From Minisyncoccota bacterium (GTDB taxonomy: Bacteria; Patescibacteriota; Minisyncoccia; Phycocordibacterales; UBA9973), in the NCBI GenBank assembly GCA_028718635.1, contig JAQULK010000001.1, positions 152,626 to 216,625 of the forward strand: a stretch of DNA of 64,000 bases, written 5' to 3'. Position 1 is the stretch's first letter. Every line of letters starts with the position of its first letter. This document shows, piece after piece, positions 1 to 9,987 of this stretch. A program made the translations under genes and the position numbers. Below the pieces are notes generated by a model that worked only from the letters and a program-made list of their open reading frames with translations, was not told where the DNA came from and ran no database searches.

Positions 1-729
1 AAAATCGGAGACACGCTTCCAGCAATTTCTGGTCGCGCCGTTAACTTAGAGGGAAATAAAAAATGGCTGACAAAAAAAGAAATAGAAATAGAAAAGGAGC
101 TTATGGATATGATAAATAATTTTCCTGGAAACCATTCAGTATATGGAGAAAATATAAATAATGTTTTTAAACCGAATGATAATATTTGGATTATCGATTC
201 AATCAGCAATACGATAAATTTCATTAATGGAATGCCTCACTATTCAATAGTTGTAAGTCATTTATTTAAAGGAGAAATTAAATTTGCGGTAGTTTATGAT
301 CCCACCAATAAGGAACTGTTTACCGCAGAAAAAGGGAAAGGCGCATTTTTAAACAATAAACGAATTTATGTTTCTAATCGCCAGAAAGACTTTTTTCCTT
401 TAATTGGCCCATACTTAACCCCACCAAAACCTTATAGGAAAAAAGCATTAAAAATAATAGAAGCAATGTCGGAAAATGGGCATACGGTAAGAATTTTAGG
501 ATCTCTCGGAGTGCATTATGCCTATATTGCTTGCGGCAGAGCTGATGTGGCTATTTCTTTTAACGAGGACACGTTTCCAGAGTTTGCCGGGAAACTTTTA
601 GTAGAAGAGGCTGGAGGAAAATTTACCGATTTTAATGGCAAAGTCTTAAATATTAAGACCCATGGAATCATTGCTAGCAATGGATTGGTCCATAACAAAA
701 CAAAAGGTCTCATTAGTAGTATAATTTAA
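1..729 (+). CDS. Inositol monophosphatase family protein (SuhB/IMPase-like); reading frame is open to position 1, so the 5' end lies outside the window
   Basis: Motif WIIDSISNT..F..G.P.YSI matches the IMPase metal-binding motif W.iDPiDGT, and the protein is about 55 aa short at the N-terminus relative to typical IMPases. The frame upstream of the ATG at 103 is open back to position 1. An RBS aaaaggag precedes the internal ATG at 103. Confidence 0.65.
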   Translation, partial: KIGDTLPAISGRAVNLEGNKKWLTKKEIEIEKELMDMINNFPGNHSVYGENINNVFKPNDNIWIIDSISNTINFINGMPHYSIVVSHLFKGEIKFAVVYDPTNKELFTAEKGKGAFLNNKRIYVSNRQKDFFPLIGPYLTPPKPYRKKALKIIEAMSENGHTVRILGSLGVHYAYIACGRADVAISFNEDTFPEFAGKLLVEEAGGKFTDFNGKVLNIKTHGIIASNGLVHNKTKGLISSII

Positions 730-737
730 TAACAATT

Positions 738-1472
738 ATGAAAAACAAAATTAAAATTGCTTTAGTCGGTTTTGGGAAAATGGGAAAAGAAATTAATGCT
801 CTGTGTGAAGAGTCTGATGTTTTCGAAGTAGTTTCAATCAGTTTTAAAAATATAGATGATGCTTTGGATGTGGAGGGTATAGCTAAAGCAGATATCGCAA
901 TTGATTTTACATCAAAAGATGTAGTGATAAAAAACATAGAACAAGTCGCGAAGCTTGGAAAGAATTTAGTGATAGGCACTACTGGATGGTATGGTGACAT
1001 CGAAACAGTTAAAAAAATAGTTGATAAATATCAAATAGGTTTGATATACGGAGCAAATTTTTCAATCGGAGCTAATATTTTTTTTAAAATGGTAGCTTCC
1101 GCTTCTTCTCTTTTTGCCAAATTTCCTGAATATGATGTATATGGATTTGAAATTCATCATAAAATGAAAGCAGATAGCCCTTCTGGCACTGCTTTGAAAA
1201 TCGCTGGTAAAATTTTAGAAAATTTCCCAGCAAAAAAATCAATTCAAGTGGAAAAATTAGACAGAGAAATTGACCCGAGCGAGCTTCATTTTGCTTCAGT
1301 CCGCGGGGGCAGAAATCCCGGTTTCCATGAAGTTGTGTTTGATAGTAATGCTGACGGTATAACTCTTTCTCATCAAGCTTATGGAAGAGTTGGTTTTGCC
1401 AAAGGAGCATTGCTGGCAGCGGAGTTTATAAAGAGTAAAAAAGGATTTTATTCTTTTGAAGATATATTATAA
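738..1472 (+). CDS. dapB: 4-hydroxy-tetrahydrodipicolinate reductase
   Basis: N-terminal Rossmann motif KIALVGFGKMG and the DapB signature EIHHKMKADSPSGTA. Confidence 0.9.
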   Translation: MKNKIKIALVGFGKMGKEINALCEESDVFEVVSISFKNIDDALDVEGIAKADIAIDFTSKDVVIKNIEQVAKLGKNLVIGTTGWYGDIETVKKIVDKYQIGLIYGANFSIGANIFFKMVASASSLFAKFPEYDVYGFEIHHKMKADSPSGTALKIAGKILENFPAKKSIQVEKLDREIDPSELHFASVRGGRNPGFHEVVFDSNADGITLSHQAYGRVGFAKGALLAAEFIKSKKGFYSFEDIL

Positions 1473-1488
1473 ATAATTTTTTAAAAAT

Positions 1489-2418
1489 ATGAAAAACGTA
1501 AAATTTTTTGGTTCTATCCCCGCAATAGTTACGCCATTTAAAAAAAATGGAGAATTGGACTTACCTGCTTTAGAAAAAATGGTTGCTTATCAATTAGCTG
1601 GCGGAGTGGATGCGATAGTAGTGTGCGGCACAACAGGAGAGGCTTCAACTTTAAATGAGGAGGAGTATAGTATTGTTGTAAAAACAGTTGTTCAAAAGGT
1701 TTCCCTTGGCCATAGCCGTACGGGCGAGGCTAAAAAAGTTCCAGTTATCGCAGGGGCAGGCTCGAATGATACTAAAAAAGCAATCAAGCTTTCTATCTTA
1801 GCGAAAAAAGCAGGGGCTGATGCCTTGCTTCACGTAACTCCTTATTACAATAAACCAACTCCGAATGGCCTTGTGCTTCATTTTAAAGAAATTGCCAAAG
1901 CTGTAAACCTACCCATTATTATTTATAATGTTCCGGGAAGAACTGGATCAAATGTTTCTCCCGCAACCATTGTAAGAATTGCGAGAGAGGTACCAGAAGT
2001 GAAAGCAGTCAAAGAAGCTTCAGGTTCCTTCGGCCAAATGATGGAAATTATTAATGAAATAGAAAAAAATGGCCCAAAAGATTTTGTAGTGTTGTCTGGA
2101 GATGACTCTTTGGCTTTGCCGTGCATTGCTCTCGGCGGGAAAGGTTGTATTTCTGTTGTTTGCAATGAAGTTCCTAAATTATTTTCTAAAATGATTCATT
2201 TGGCTATCAAAGATAATTTAAAAGAGGCAAGGAAATTGCATTATCTTTTGTTAAAATTAATGAATATTAATTTTGTCGAATCTAATCCAATTCCAGTGAA
2301 AACAGCTTTGGCTCTGATGGGAAAGATTGAAGAAAGTTTTAGGCTACCGCTTACTCTTATTGAGGACAAGAACAGGGTTTTGATAGAGAAAACTTTAAAA
2401 GAATCAAAATTAATTTAA
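1489..2418 (+). CDS. dapA: 4-hydroxy-tetrahydrodipicolinate synthase
   Basis: IPAIVTPF...DAIVVCGTTGE, typical DapA/DHDPS family; directly follows dapB. Confidence 0.9.
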   Translation: MKNVKFFGSIPAIVTPFKKNGELDLPALEKMVAYQLAGGVDAIVVCGTTGEASTLNEEEYSIVVKTVVQKVSLGHSRTGEAKKVPVIAGAGSNDTKKAIKLSILAKKAGADALLHVTPYYNKPTPNGLVLHFKEIAKAVNLPIIIYNVPGRTGSNVSPATIVRIAREVPEVKAVKEASGSFGQMMEIINEIEKNGPKDFVVLSGDDSLALPCIALGGKGCISVVCNEVPKLFSKMIHLAIKDNLKEARKLHYLLLKLMNINFVESNPIPVKTALALMGKIEESFRLPLTLIEDKNRVLIEKTLKESKLI

Positions 2419-2428
2419 AATAATATTT

Positions 2429-3661
2429 ATGGCCACTATAAATAAAAATTTTGATAAATTACAGAGAGGATATTTGTTCGGTGAGATTGCAAGACGCACA
2501 AAAGAATTCATTGAAAAAAACCCAGGCGTCGAAGTAATGCGTCTCGGAGTTGGCGACACTACAGAACCATTGTCCCCGACAATTATTAAAGGATTGAAAA
2601 AAGGAGTTGAGAAACTCGCCAATGTTAAAACATATACAGGGTATCAAGACGCAGAAGGCAAAGAAGGGAATCAAGAATTATTGAACGCTTTAGTGAATTT
2701 TTATAAAGAAAAAAATATTAGTTTTAGCAAACAAGAAATTTTTGTTAATGATGGGGCCAAGCCAGATTTGGCCAATATTCAATCAATTTTTGGCTCAGAC
2801 AATGTTGTAGCGATTTCAGATCCTGTATATCCAGCATATTTAGATGCCACAGTTATTTCTGGCCGGACTGGTGAATATGTTGATGGAAAATATAAAGGTC
2901 TGGTGTATATGAAATGCAATGAACAAAATGGTTTTGTTCCTTTTCCTCCAAAGCAAAAAGTGGATATAATTTATCTTTGCAATCCAAACAATCCTACGGG
3001 TTCGGTGGCTACCAAAAAGCAATTAAAAGCTTTTGTTGATTATGCGATAAAAAACAAAGCGGTAATTATTTTTGATGCTGCCTACGCGGAATATATTTCT
3101 GATAAATCCTTGCCTAAAAGTATTTATGAAATAAAAGGAGCAAAAAAATGCGCCATTGAAATTAATAGTTTTTCAAAATGGTCAGGATTTACCGGTGTTC
3201 GTCTTGGTTGGACCGTTGTGCCGATGGACTTAGTTATTGAAAATACTTCCAAGGGAAAAGTTAATAGTTTGTGGAGCAGGCGCCAAGGAACTATGTTTAA
3301 CGGAGCTTCAAATATTGCTCAAGAAGGCGCCGTGGCGGCTTTATCTTCTCAAGGCAGAAAAGAAAGTAAAAAAATGGTTGCATATTATATGAATAATGCT
3401 TCAATAATAAAAAAGAATTTATTGAAACTTGGTTTAAAAGTTTTTGGCGGTCAAAATGCTCCATACCTTTGGATAAAAAATCCGAAGAATTTAAGCTCCT
3501 GGGAATTTTTCGACAAGCTTTTGAATGAAGCGCATGTTGTTGGAACCCCTGGTGTTGGTTTTGGAATGGAAGGAGAAGGCTATTTGCGATTGAGTTCCTA
3601 TGGACACACGAAGGATATCGAAAAAGCGGTGAAAAGTATTCGAGATAATTTTAAATTATAA
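2429..3661 (+). CDS. dapL: LL-diaminopimelate aminotransferase
   Basis: N-terminus INKNF..L..YLF.EI......NP...V..LGVGDTTEPL matches DapL; class I aminotransferase fold; lies between dapA and dapF. Confidence 0.8.
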   Translation: MATINKNFDKLQRGYLFGEIARRTKEFIEKNPGVEVMRLGVGDTTEPLSPTIIKGLKKGVEKLANVKTYTGYQDAEGKEGNQELLNALVNFYKEKNISFSKQEIFVNDGAKPDLANIQSIFGSDNVVAISDPVYPAYLDATVISGRTGEYVDGKYKGLVYMKCNEQNGFVPFPPKQKVDIIYLCNPNNPTGSVATKKQLKAFVDYAIKNKAVIIFDAAYAEYISDKSLPKSIYEIKGAKKCAIEINSFSKWSGFTGVRLGWTVVPMDLVIENTSKGKVNSLWSRRQGTMFNGASNIAQEGAVAALSSQGRKESKKMVAYYMNNASIIKKNLLKLGLKVFGGQNAPYLWIKNPKNLSSWEFFDKLLNEAHVVGTPGVGFGMEGEGYLRLSSYGHTKDIEKAVKSIRDNFKL

Positions 3662-3679
3662 TATACGTACATCATAAAT

Positions 3680-4501
3680 ATGATTGAATTTTACAAATAT
3701 CACGGCGCTGGGAATGATTTTATTATGATAGACAATATCAATAAAAATATTTCTATGCCAAAGGAGCAAATTGCTTTTTTGTGCGATCGGCACATGGGCA
3801 TAGGGGCGGATGGATTAATTTTCCTTGAGCTGTCCCCGAAGGCAGATTGTTTTATGAATTATTACAATGCGGATGGAAGCTTGGCAGAAATGTGCGGTAA
3901 TGGTATCAGGTGTACAGCCAAATTTTTCTTAGAATTAACAAAATCAAAAAAGAAAGAATTATTTATAGACACCAGGGCTGGAATAAAAAAAGTAACATGC
4001 AATAAAGACGGAAGTTTTTCTGTGAATATGGGAATTCCAGTTTTTTCTCATAAGGATTTCCCAAAAGAACCTCTTGTGTTGGAAAACATTAAATTTAATT
4101 TCGTTTCGATGGGTAATCCGCATGCTGTTGGTTTTATAAAAAATATTTCTGAAATTGATATATCTAAAATCGGCCCCAAAATAGAATCGGATTCTAATTT
4201 TCCAAATAAAATAAATGCAGAGTTCGTGGAAAAAGTTAATGATACTTATTTTAAAGTAAGAGTTTGGGAACGCGGATGTGGGGAGACTCTAGCTTGCGGC
4301 ACAGGGGCTTGTGCTGTGTTTGCCTGCGTTAGGCCTTGCCTAACGCAGGCAAAGAGTACAAAAGAAATAACATTAGAATTTCCTGGCGGGAATCTTTTTT
4401 TATCAGAGAATAAAGAAGGAGAAATTATTCTTCGCGGGGAAGCGCAATTTGTTTTTAAGGGAGAAATAAATAATATACAAGGCAAAACTTTGTATATTTA
4501 A
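3680..4501 (+). CDS. dapF: Diaminopimelate epimerase
   Basis: YHGAGNDFIMID N-terminal motif and the two catalytic Cys-containing segments (MCGNGIRC, ACGTGACA). Confidence 0.9.
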   Translation: MIEFYKYHGAGNDFIMIDNINKNISMPKEQIAFLCDRHMGIGADGLIFLELSPKADCFMNYYNADGSLAEMCGNGIRCTAKFFLELTKSKKKELFIDTRAGIKKVTCNKDGSFSVNMGIPVFSHKDFPKEPLVLENIKFNFVSMGNPHAVGFIKNISEIDISKIGPKIESDSNFPNKINAEFVEKVNDTYFKVRVWERGCGETLACGTGACAVFACVRPCLTQAKSTKEITLEFPGGNLFLSENKEGEIILRGEAQFVFKGEINNIQGKTLYI

Positions 4502-4505
4502 ATTT

Positions 4506-6206
4506 TTATTCCTCTTTTAGGTCTACTACGCTTTGCACTTCTTCAAAAGAAGTAATGCCATTTAACATTTTTACCAGACCATCTTGGCGCATTGAAAGTA
4601 TTCCTTGCGTGCTTGCCACTTTTTTGATTTCTCTTTCGCTTGGATTTTCAGGTATAATTTTTTCGATAGCCTCATCAGTTTTTATCGCTTCGAATATTCC
4701 TATCCTGCCCTTATATCCGATCATATTGCATTTGTCACAACCTACTGCTCCAAATAATTTTATTGGCGCATCGGGATTTATATTATAATTTGAAAGATTT
4801 TTACCTTCATTTTTTATACTGTCCATGACTAATTTTACGGTTTTCAATTCTTCTTCACTAGGTATTTTTTCTTTCTTGCAAAAAATACATAATTTGCGGA
4901 CCAATCGTTGAGCAATGGAAAGGGAGAGGGCGGAAACTAATATTTTAGGGTTTACTCCCAGGTCGATCAAACGGGGAATGACACCAGCTGCGTTGTTTGT
5001 GTGCAGAGTAGAGAAGACGATATGGCCAGTAAGCGATGATTGGACTGCCGTCTCAGCGGTTTCTTTATCACGAATTTCTCCAACCATCACTACATCTGGA
5101 TCTTGGCGAAGCGCTGAACGCAAGCCCTCCACGAAAGTATAACCTTTTTCATCATTGGTTTGGGTTTGGGTTACGCCTATTAAATGGTATTCTACTGGGT
5201 CTTCTATGGTTATTATTTTTATTTCTGGAGAATAAATTTTTTGAAGAAAGGCGTAAAGAGTGGTGGTTTTTCCAGAACCAGTCGGTCCTGTAACCAAGAT
5301 GAGTCCATTTGGTTTTATAATTTCCTTTTGGATTATAGAGAAAAGAAAAGGCTCTATTCCCAGCTCCTCGAGTTTTACTTGGATAGACTTCGGGTCCAAA
5401 ATACGCATTACGATTGATTCACCATAAGCGCCGGGAATAAGAGAAGTACGAATATTTATCTCATCTTTTTCTTCAATAATACTAAAACGCCCGTCTTGGG
5501 CTATTTTAGAAGTGAGTTTCATACCAGAAAGTAATTTAATACGAGAATTAAGTAGGCGATATACGTCTAATCCAAAAAAGTTTGTATCTTGTAATACTCC
5601 ATCTAGTCGAAGCCTTAGCCTGCTTCTTTCTTGTTCTGGTTCGATGTGAATATCAGAAGCTTTAATCGCGATCGCGCCAGCTAAAATTATTTCAAGTAAA
5701 TGAGAAATTTTATGAATTTTTTTTCCTTCTAATGCCTCGGCAACCATTTTTTGGATATCTTGCATTTTTTCTATTTTTTTTGATGTTTCCCTTAAAACTT
5801 CTCCAGAAATATCTATCCCACCAATTAGAGAGTTTTCTGCCATGGAAATTTCTTTATATCTATCCCAAACCTTGTTTATACTTGCAGTAGATACCATATA
5901 AAAAGTTGGTACTAGGTTTTTTCTTTCCAGATCGTCTTTTAACTTTTTTATAAGATCGTCGGAGGGGGAGTGTAGTGCTATAAAAATATTTTTCCCAAAA
6001 AGCTTAAAAGGCGCGATGTTTAATTCTCTCGAATCTTTTTCAGATATTGCGCGAAGTGCTTCGTTGTCTATTCCAATGCGGGCAAGATTAATATAAGGCA
6101 GGTTATATTTTGATTCTGCCAGTGTCGCCACCAATTGTTCTTCTTCTTGTTTATGCAATTCGTCTAATTGTTTATTTTGTTTTTCCTCATCAAAAACTGT
6201 TGCCAT
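4506..6206 (-). CDS. pilB: Type II/IV secretion system ATPase (PilB/GspE family)
   Basis: Walker A LVTGPTGSGKTTTL, N-terminal T2SSE_N-like region, and a C-terminal CxxC...CxxC zinc-binding cluster. Confidence 0.85.
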   Translation of the reverse strand: MATVFDEEKQNKQLDELHKQEEEQLVATLAESKYNLPYINLARIGIDNEALRAISEKDSRELNIAPFKLFGKNIFIALHSPSDDLIKKLKDDLERKNLVPTFYMVSTASINKVWDRYKEISMAENSLIGGIDISGEVLRETSKKIEKMQDIQKMVAEALEGKKIHKISHLLEIILAGAIAIKASDIHIEPEQERSRLRLRLDGVLQDTNFFGLDVYRLLNSRIKLLSGMKLTSKIAQDGRFSIIEEKDEINIRTSLIPGAYGESIVMRILDPKSIQVKLEELGIEPFLFSIIQKEIIKPNGLILVTGPTGSGKTTTLYAFLQKIYSPEIKIITIEDPVEYHLIGVTQTQTNDEKGYTFVEGLRSALRQDPDVVMVGEIRDKETAETAVQSSLTGHIVFSTLHTNNAAGVIPRLIDLGVNPKILVSALSLSIAQRLVRKLCIFCKKEKIPSEEELKTVKLVMDSIKNEGKNLSNYNINPDAPIKLFGAVGCDKCNMIGYKGRIGIFEAIKTDEAIEKIIPENPSEREIKKVASTQGILSMRQDGLVKMLNGITSFEEVQSVVDLKEE

Positions 6207-6275
6207 ATGTAAAGTATACTGTATTTTCTTTAGTTCCCCAAGTCATCCCTTTAGATAAATGTTATAATTTATATA

Positions 6276-8789
6276 ATGCTAAAACAGAAAACAGATAATA
6301 GTAAAACATTAGTATTACTAGATGCTCATGCGATAATCCACCGCGCTTATCATGCCTTGCCGGAATTTTTGTCTTCCAAAGGCGAGCCGACGGGGGCGCT
6401 TTATGGGCTTTCCACTATGCTGATGAAAATAATTACTGAGTTAAAGCCGGATTATATTGTGGCCTGTTATGACTTGCCCCAAAAAACTTTTAGGCACGAA
6501 GCGCATGATGGATATAAGGCAGGCCGAGCGAAAACCGAAGATGCCTTGATAATGCAATTAAAAAATTCTCGCCAGATTTTTGACGCTTTTGATATACCTA
6601 TTTATGATGCGCCTGGTTTCGAAGCGGATGATGTTTTGGGGACTATCGTGGAGAAATATAAAAAAGATAAAAATTTGAAAATCATTATTGCATCAGGAGA
6701 TATGGATACTATGCAATTGGTGGATGATAAAAAAGTGCAAGTTTACACTTTGAAAAAAGGCATCAATGATACTATTTTGTACGATGAAGATGCGGTTGTA
6801 AATCGATTTCATTTTAAACCAAAATTCCTTCCTGATTTTAAAGGATTGCGCGGCGACCCTTCAGATAATATCATCGGCATTAAAGGCGTCGGCGAAAAAA
6901 CTGCTGAAATCTTAATCTCAAAATTTGGAACCATTGAAGAAATTTATAAAAAAATTAAACAAGACGAAGAAGTTTTTAAAAAAGCAGGCATCAGTCCTAG
7001 GATGATTGAGTTGCTCAAAAATAACGAGGAAGAGGCTTTATTTTCAAAAATTCTAGCGACGATCAGAACTGACACGCCGATAGATTTTGTTTTGCCTGAA
7101 AAGACTTTTTGGGAAAAGGTGGATTTTAAAAGAATTGAACAAATTTTTTCAACTTTTGAATTTAGAAGCTTAGTAACGCGTTTAAAAAACTTTTTTGAGA
7201 ATAATGGGAATAAGAATAAACAAGAGCCCCCAGAGGATTATGCTCGCCGTCATTCGCACTCCGTCTTGGAAGGGCAAGATCCATCTGGTCGCAGCGAAGA
7301 TTCCTCTGAGCATAATCCTCTGGGGGCTGAACCCATAGATTCGCAAAAACTTCAAGAAGCCAGTATCGCCCTTTGGCTTGTCAATTCTGATATACCGAAT
7401 CCCAGCTTGGAAGATATCTTATTTTTTACCCATACGAACTCTTTTGAAAAAGCTTATGAACATATTTTCAAAAAACTGAAAGAAAATAATTTGGAGAAAG
7501 TGTATGAAGAAATAGAAAAACCCATTATCCCGATAGTGAAAAAAATGGAGGATTATGGGATTTTGATAGATAAAAAATATTTTGAAAAATTGTCTGCTGA
7601 ATACCATAAAGAATTGGATATTTTAACTAAAAAAATATATGCGCAAGCTGGTGTTGAATTTAATATAAATTCACCCAAACAATTGGGAGAAATACTTTTT
7701 GGTAAAATGGGCATAAAATCACCAGGTAAAAATGGAGCAAAAAAAAGTGCAAACGGCGGATTTTCTACTAAGGTTTCAATTTTAGAAGAACTGGAAGAAG
7801 AAAATCCGATTATAAAAGAAATATTATTTTATCGAGAATTGCAGAAATTGCTTTCTACATATATTGATGTCATTCCTAAAATGGTGGATGCTAACGGCCG
7901 TTTACACACAAAGTTTTTGCAAAATGGTACCACGACGGGAAGATTTTCTTCTCAGAATCCTAATTTGCAAAATTTACCTATCAAAACAGAACTTGGTAGA
8001 AGGATCCGAGGCGGTTTTATTGCGCCCAAAGGTTGCAAACTAGTTGCTTTTGACTATAGTCAGATCGAATTACGCATGGCTGCAATGCTTTCTGGAGATG
8101 AAAAAATGACCCAAGTTTTCCGAGATAAAAAAGATATTCATGCGGGAGTTGCTTCTTTTGTTTTTGGTGTGCCAATAGAAAAAGTAGATAGTGAAATGCG
8201 CCGAAAAGCAAAAGTGATAAATTTCGGAATTATTTATGGTATGGGGGTTTCTGCTCTGCGAAAGAATCTCGTCCGACCAAAATCGGACTCCGACACAAGG
8301 TCGGAGGTGGTAACTCGCGAGGAGGCGCAAAGATTTTATGACAATTACTTCAATCAATTTTCTGGCGTGCGGGATTATTTAGAAAAAGTAAAAAAGTTTG
8401 TGCGAGAAAACGCTTATACCGAAACTTTATTCGGCAGACGCAGGAATTTTCCAAACATAAACTCCAGAATTCCATTTTTGAAAAATATGGCGGAGCGTAC
8501 CGCGACCAATGCTCCGCTCCAGGGAACAGCCGCCGATATTATCAAATTAGCCATACGATATGCGGAAGAAGATTTGAAAAAAGCCGGCTTGTCAGAAAGC
8601 ACTCATCTGATACTTCAAATTCATGATGAACTCGTTTACGAAGTGGAAGAAAGTGTACTCTCAAAAGCTGAAAAAATAATAATGGGTGCGATGGAAGGGG
8701 TGCTTCAAAGATCATATATACATTATAAAACGGATATTCCGCTCGAAGCGCACTTTGGTTTTGGGGACAATCTCAGGGAAGTCAAATAG
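6276..8789 (+). CDS. polA: DNA polymerase I (5'-3' exonuclease plus polymerase domains; no recognisable 3'-5' exonuclease domain)
   Basis: N-terminal 5' nuclease domain (LLDAHAIIHRAYHAL..., GIKGVGEKTA), C-terminal family A polymerase motifs (DYSQIELR, KAKVINFGIIYGM, ILQIHDELVYE). Two GC-rich in-frame insertions noted. Confidence 0.9.
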   Translation: MLKQKTDNSKTLVLLDAHAIIHRAYHALPEFLSSKGEPTGALYGLSTMLMKIITELKPDYIVACYDLPQKTFRHEAHDGYKAGRAKTEDALIMQLKNSRQIFDAFDIPIYDAPGFEADDVLGTIVEKYKKDKNLKIIIASGDMDTMQLVDDKKVQVYTLKKGINDTILYDEDAVVNRFHFKPKFLPDFKGLRGDPSDNIIGIKGVGEKTAEILISKFGTIEEIYKKIKQDEEVFKKAGISPRMIELLKNNEEEALFSKILATIRTDTPIDFVLPEKTFWEKVDFKRIEQIFSTFEFRSLVTRLKNFFENNGNKNKQEPPEDYARRHSHSVLEGQDPSGRSEDSSEHNPLGAEPIDSQKLQEASIALWLVNSDIPNPSLEDILFFTHTNSFEKAYEHIFKKLKENNLEKVYEEIEKPIIPIVKKMEDYGILIDKKYFEKLSAEYHKELDILTKKIYAQAGVEFNINSPKQLGEILFGKMGIKSPGKNGAKKSANGGFSTKVSILEELEEENPIIKEILFYRELQKLLSTYIDVIPKMVDANGRLHTKFLQNGTTTGRFSSQNPNLQNLPIKTELGRRIRGGFIAPKGCKLVAFDYSQIELRMAAMLSGDEKMTQVFRDKKDIHAGVASFVFGVPIEKVDSEMRRKAKVINFGIIYGMGVSALRKNLVRPKSDSDTRSEVVTREEAQRFYDNYFNQFSGVRDYLEKVKKFVRENAYTETLFGRRRNFPNINSRIPFLKNMAERTATNAPLQGTAADIIKLAIRYAEEDLKKAGLSESTHLILQIHDELVYEVEESVLSKAEKIIMGAMEGVLQRSYIHYKTDIPLEAHFGFGDNLREVK
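7225..7328 (+). repeat. 104-bp element with perfect 21-bp terminal inverted repeats inserted in-frame in the polA inter-domain linker
   Basis: AGCCCCCAGAGGATTATGCTC (7225..7245) and its exact reverse complement GAGCATAATCCTCTGGGGGCT (7308..7328); GC-rich relative to its surroundings. Confidence 0.75.
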
Positions 8790-8811
8790 TGTTTTGTGCT
8801 ATACTTATGGC

Positions 8812-9291
8812 ATGGAAATAGAAAATAATAACAAAAACACGCAAATACAAAAGGAGGGCGTACACAAGCTTTTGGCGCATTCGCACGCGATGCAGTTTGT
8901 TTTGTTTATATTCGGTTTTTGCCTTGATTTGATATTCGGGGTTAAATTTTTTACCGGTCCTGCTTTTTTGTGGACAGGATTGCTATTTTTAGTTCTTGGC
9001 ACCATTTTGATATTTTGGGCGCAATATACTTCGCATCATTTAAATAGAGAAAACATCACTAAAGAATCTTTTAGTAAAGGGCCGTATCGTTATATTAAAA
9101 ATCCTACCAATTGGGGAATATTTTTTATGATAGTGGGTTTTGGGGTCATCACTAATTCTTTTTTTGTTATTTTGTTTGGGATAATTTCTTCTCTGATTGC
9201 AAAGTTTGTTTTTCTAAATAAAGAGGAGAAAATTTTGACGGCAAAATACGGTGATCCATATTTGGAATATAGAAAATCCGTCAGGTTTTGA
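8812..9291 (+). CDS. Isoprenylcysteine carboxyl methyltransferase (ICMT)/phospholipid methyltransferase family membrane protein
   Basis: Multi-TM protein with a GPYRYIKNPTNWG motif resembling the ICMT family G.Y...RHP.Y. Start moved to the in-frame ATG at 8812 (MEIENN) to avoid overlap with polA. Confidence 0.55.
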   Translation: MEIENNNKNTQIQKEGVHKLLAHSHAMQFVLFIFGFCLDLIFGVKFFTGPAFLWTGLLFLVLGTILIFWAQYTSHHLNRENITKESFSKGPYRYIKNPTNWGIFFMIVGFGVITNSFFVILFGIISSLIAKFVFLNKEEKILTAKYGDPYLEYRKSVRF

Positions 9292-9312
9292 TTAATTTTT
9301 TAAAAAAAATTT

Positions 9313-9984
9313 ATGCTCTATCTTTTTTCTGGAGATGACTCTAAAAATAAAATTTTAAATTATGAAAAATTCATAAAATCTTTGTCTGAAAAAAAAGGGG
9401 TACCCCCTTCTGATATTTTTTTCATAAATAGAAATGACTTTGATCCCGTCCAAATTGAAAGTTTTTATTCTGGAGCCAGTCTTTTTTCAACCTTGTCGGT
9501 GATAGTTTTTCAGAATATTTTTGAGTATGAGGAAACAAGGGATTTTGTTTTAGATAAATTAAAACAGATGGGGGAGTCGGATAATATTTTCATATTTTCA
9601 GAGGGAAAACTCAAAAAACCGATACTCGATGCTTTTAAAAAAATCGGGGAAAAAAGAGTTCAGATTAATATTTTTGAGTTGCCAAAGCAAAAGCTGGAAA
9701 AGTTTGATAATTTTTTGGTGGCAAATGCTTTTGCTAATAAAGATAAGTTAAACACCTGGATTTATTTCAGGCAGGCGATGGACGCCGGAGTGATAATGGA
9801 AGAAATAATCGGAGTTCTTTTTTGGAAAATTAAAGACATGCTTTTGAAAAATAATTTTAATAAATTTTCTCCCGAACAGCTCAAAACTTTTGCTTCTAAA
9901 ATTTCCTATCTCCTGCCCGAGGCCCGCAAAGAAGGACGCGATGCCGAGTCTGCTTTTGAGCAGTTTTTACTTGAAGCTTTCTAA
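9313..9984 (+). CDS. Hypothetical protein (weak resemblance to DNA polymerase III delta subunit N-terminal region)
   Basis: 223-aa ORF with good codon usage and no strong motif; call is tentative. Confidence 0.3.
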   Translation: MLYLFSGDDSKNKILNYEKFIKSLSEKKGVPPSDIFFINRNDFDPVQIESFYSGASLFSTLSVIVFQNIFEYEETRDFVLDKLKQMGESDNIFIFSEGKLKKPILDAFKKIGEKRVQINIFELPKQKLEKFDNFLVANAFANKDKLNTWIYFRQAMDAGVIMEEIIGVLFWKIKDMLLKNNFNKFSPEQLKTFASKISYLLPEARKEGRDAESAFEQFLLEAF

Positions 9985-9987
9985 ATG

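Noticed and set aside
38-50. 13-mer CGTTAACTTAGAG shared between position 38 and 43876
   Set aside because: A single 13-bp identity is at the chance level for a 64-kb AT-rich window and has no extended flanking similarity.
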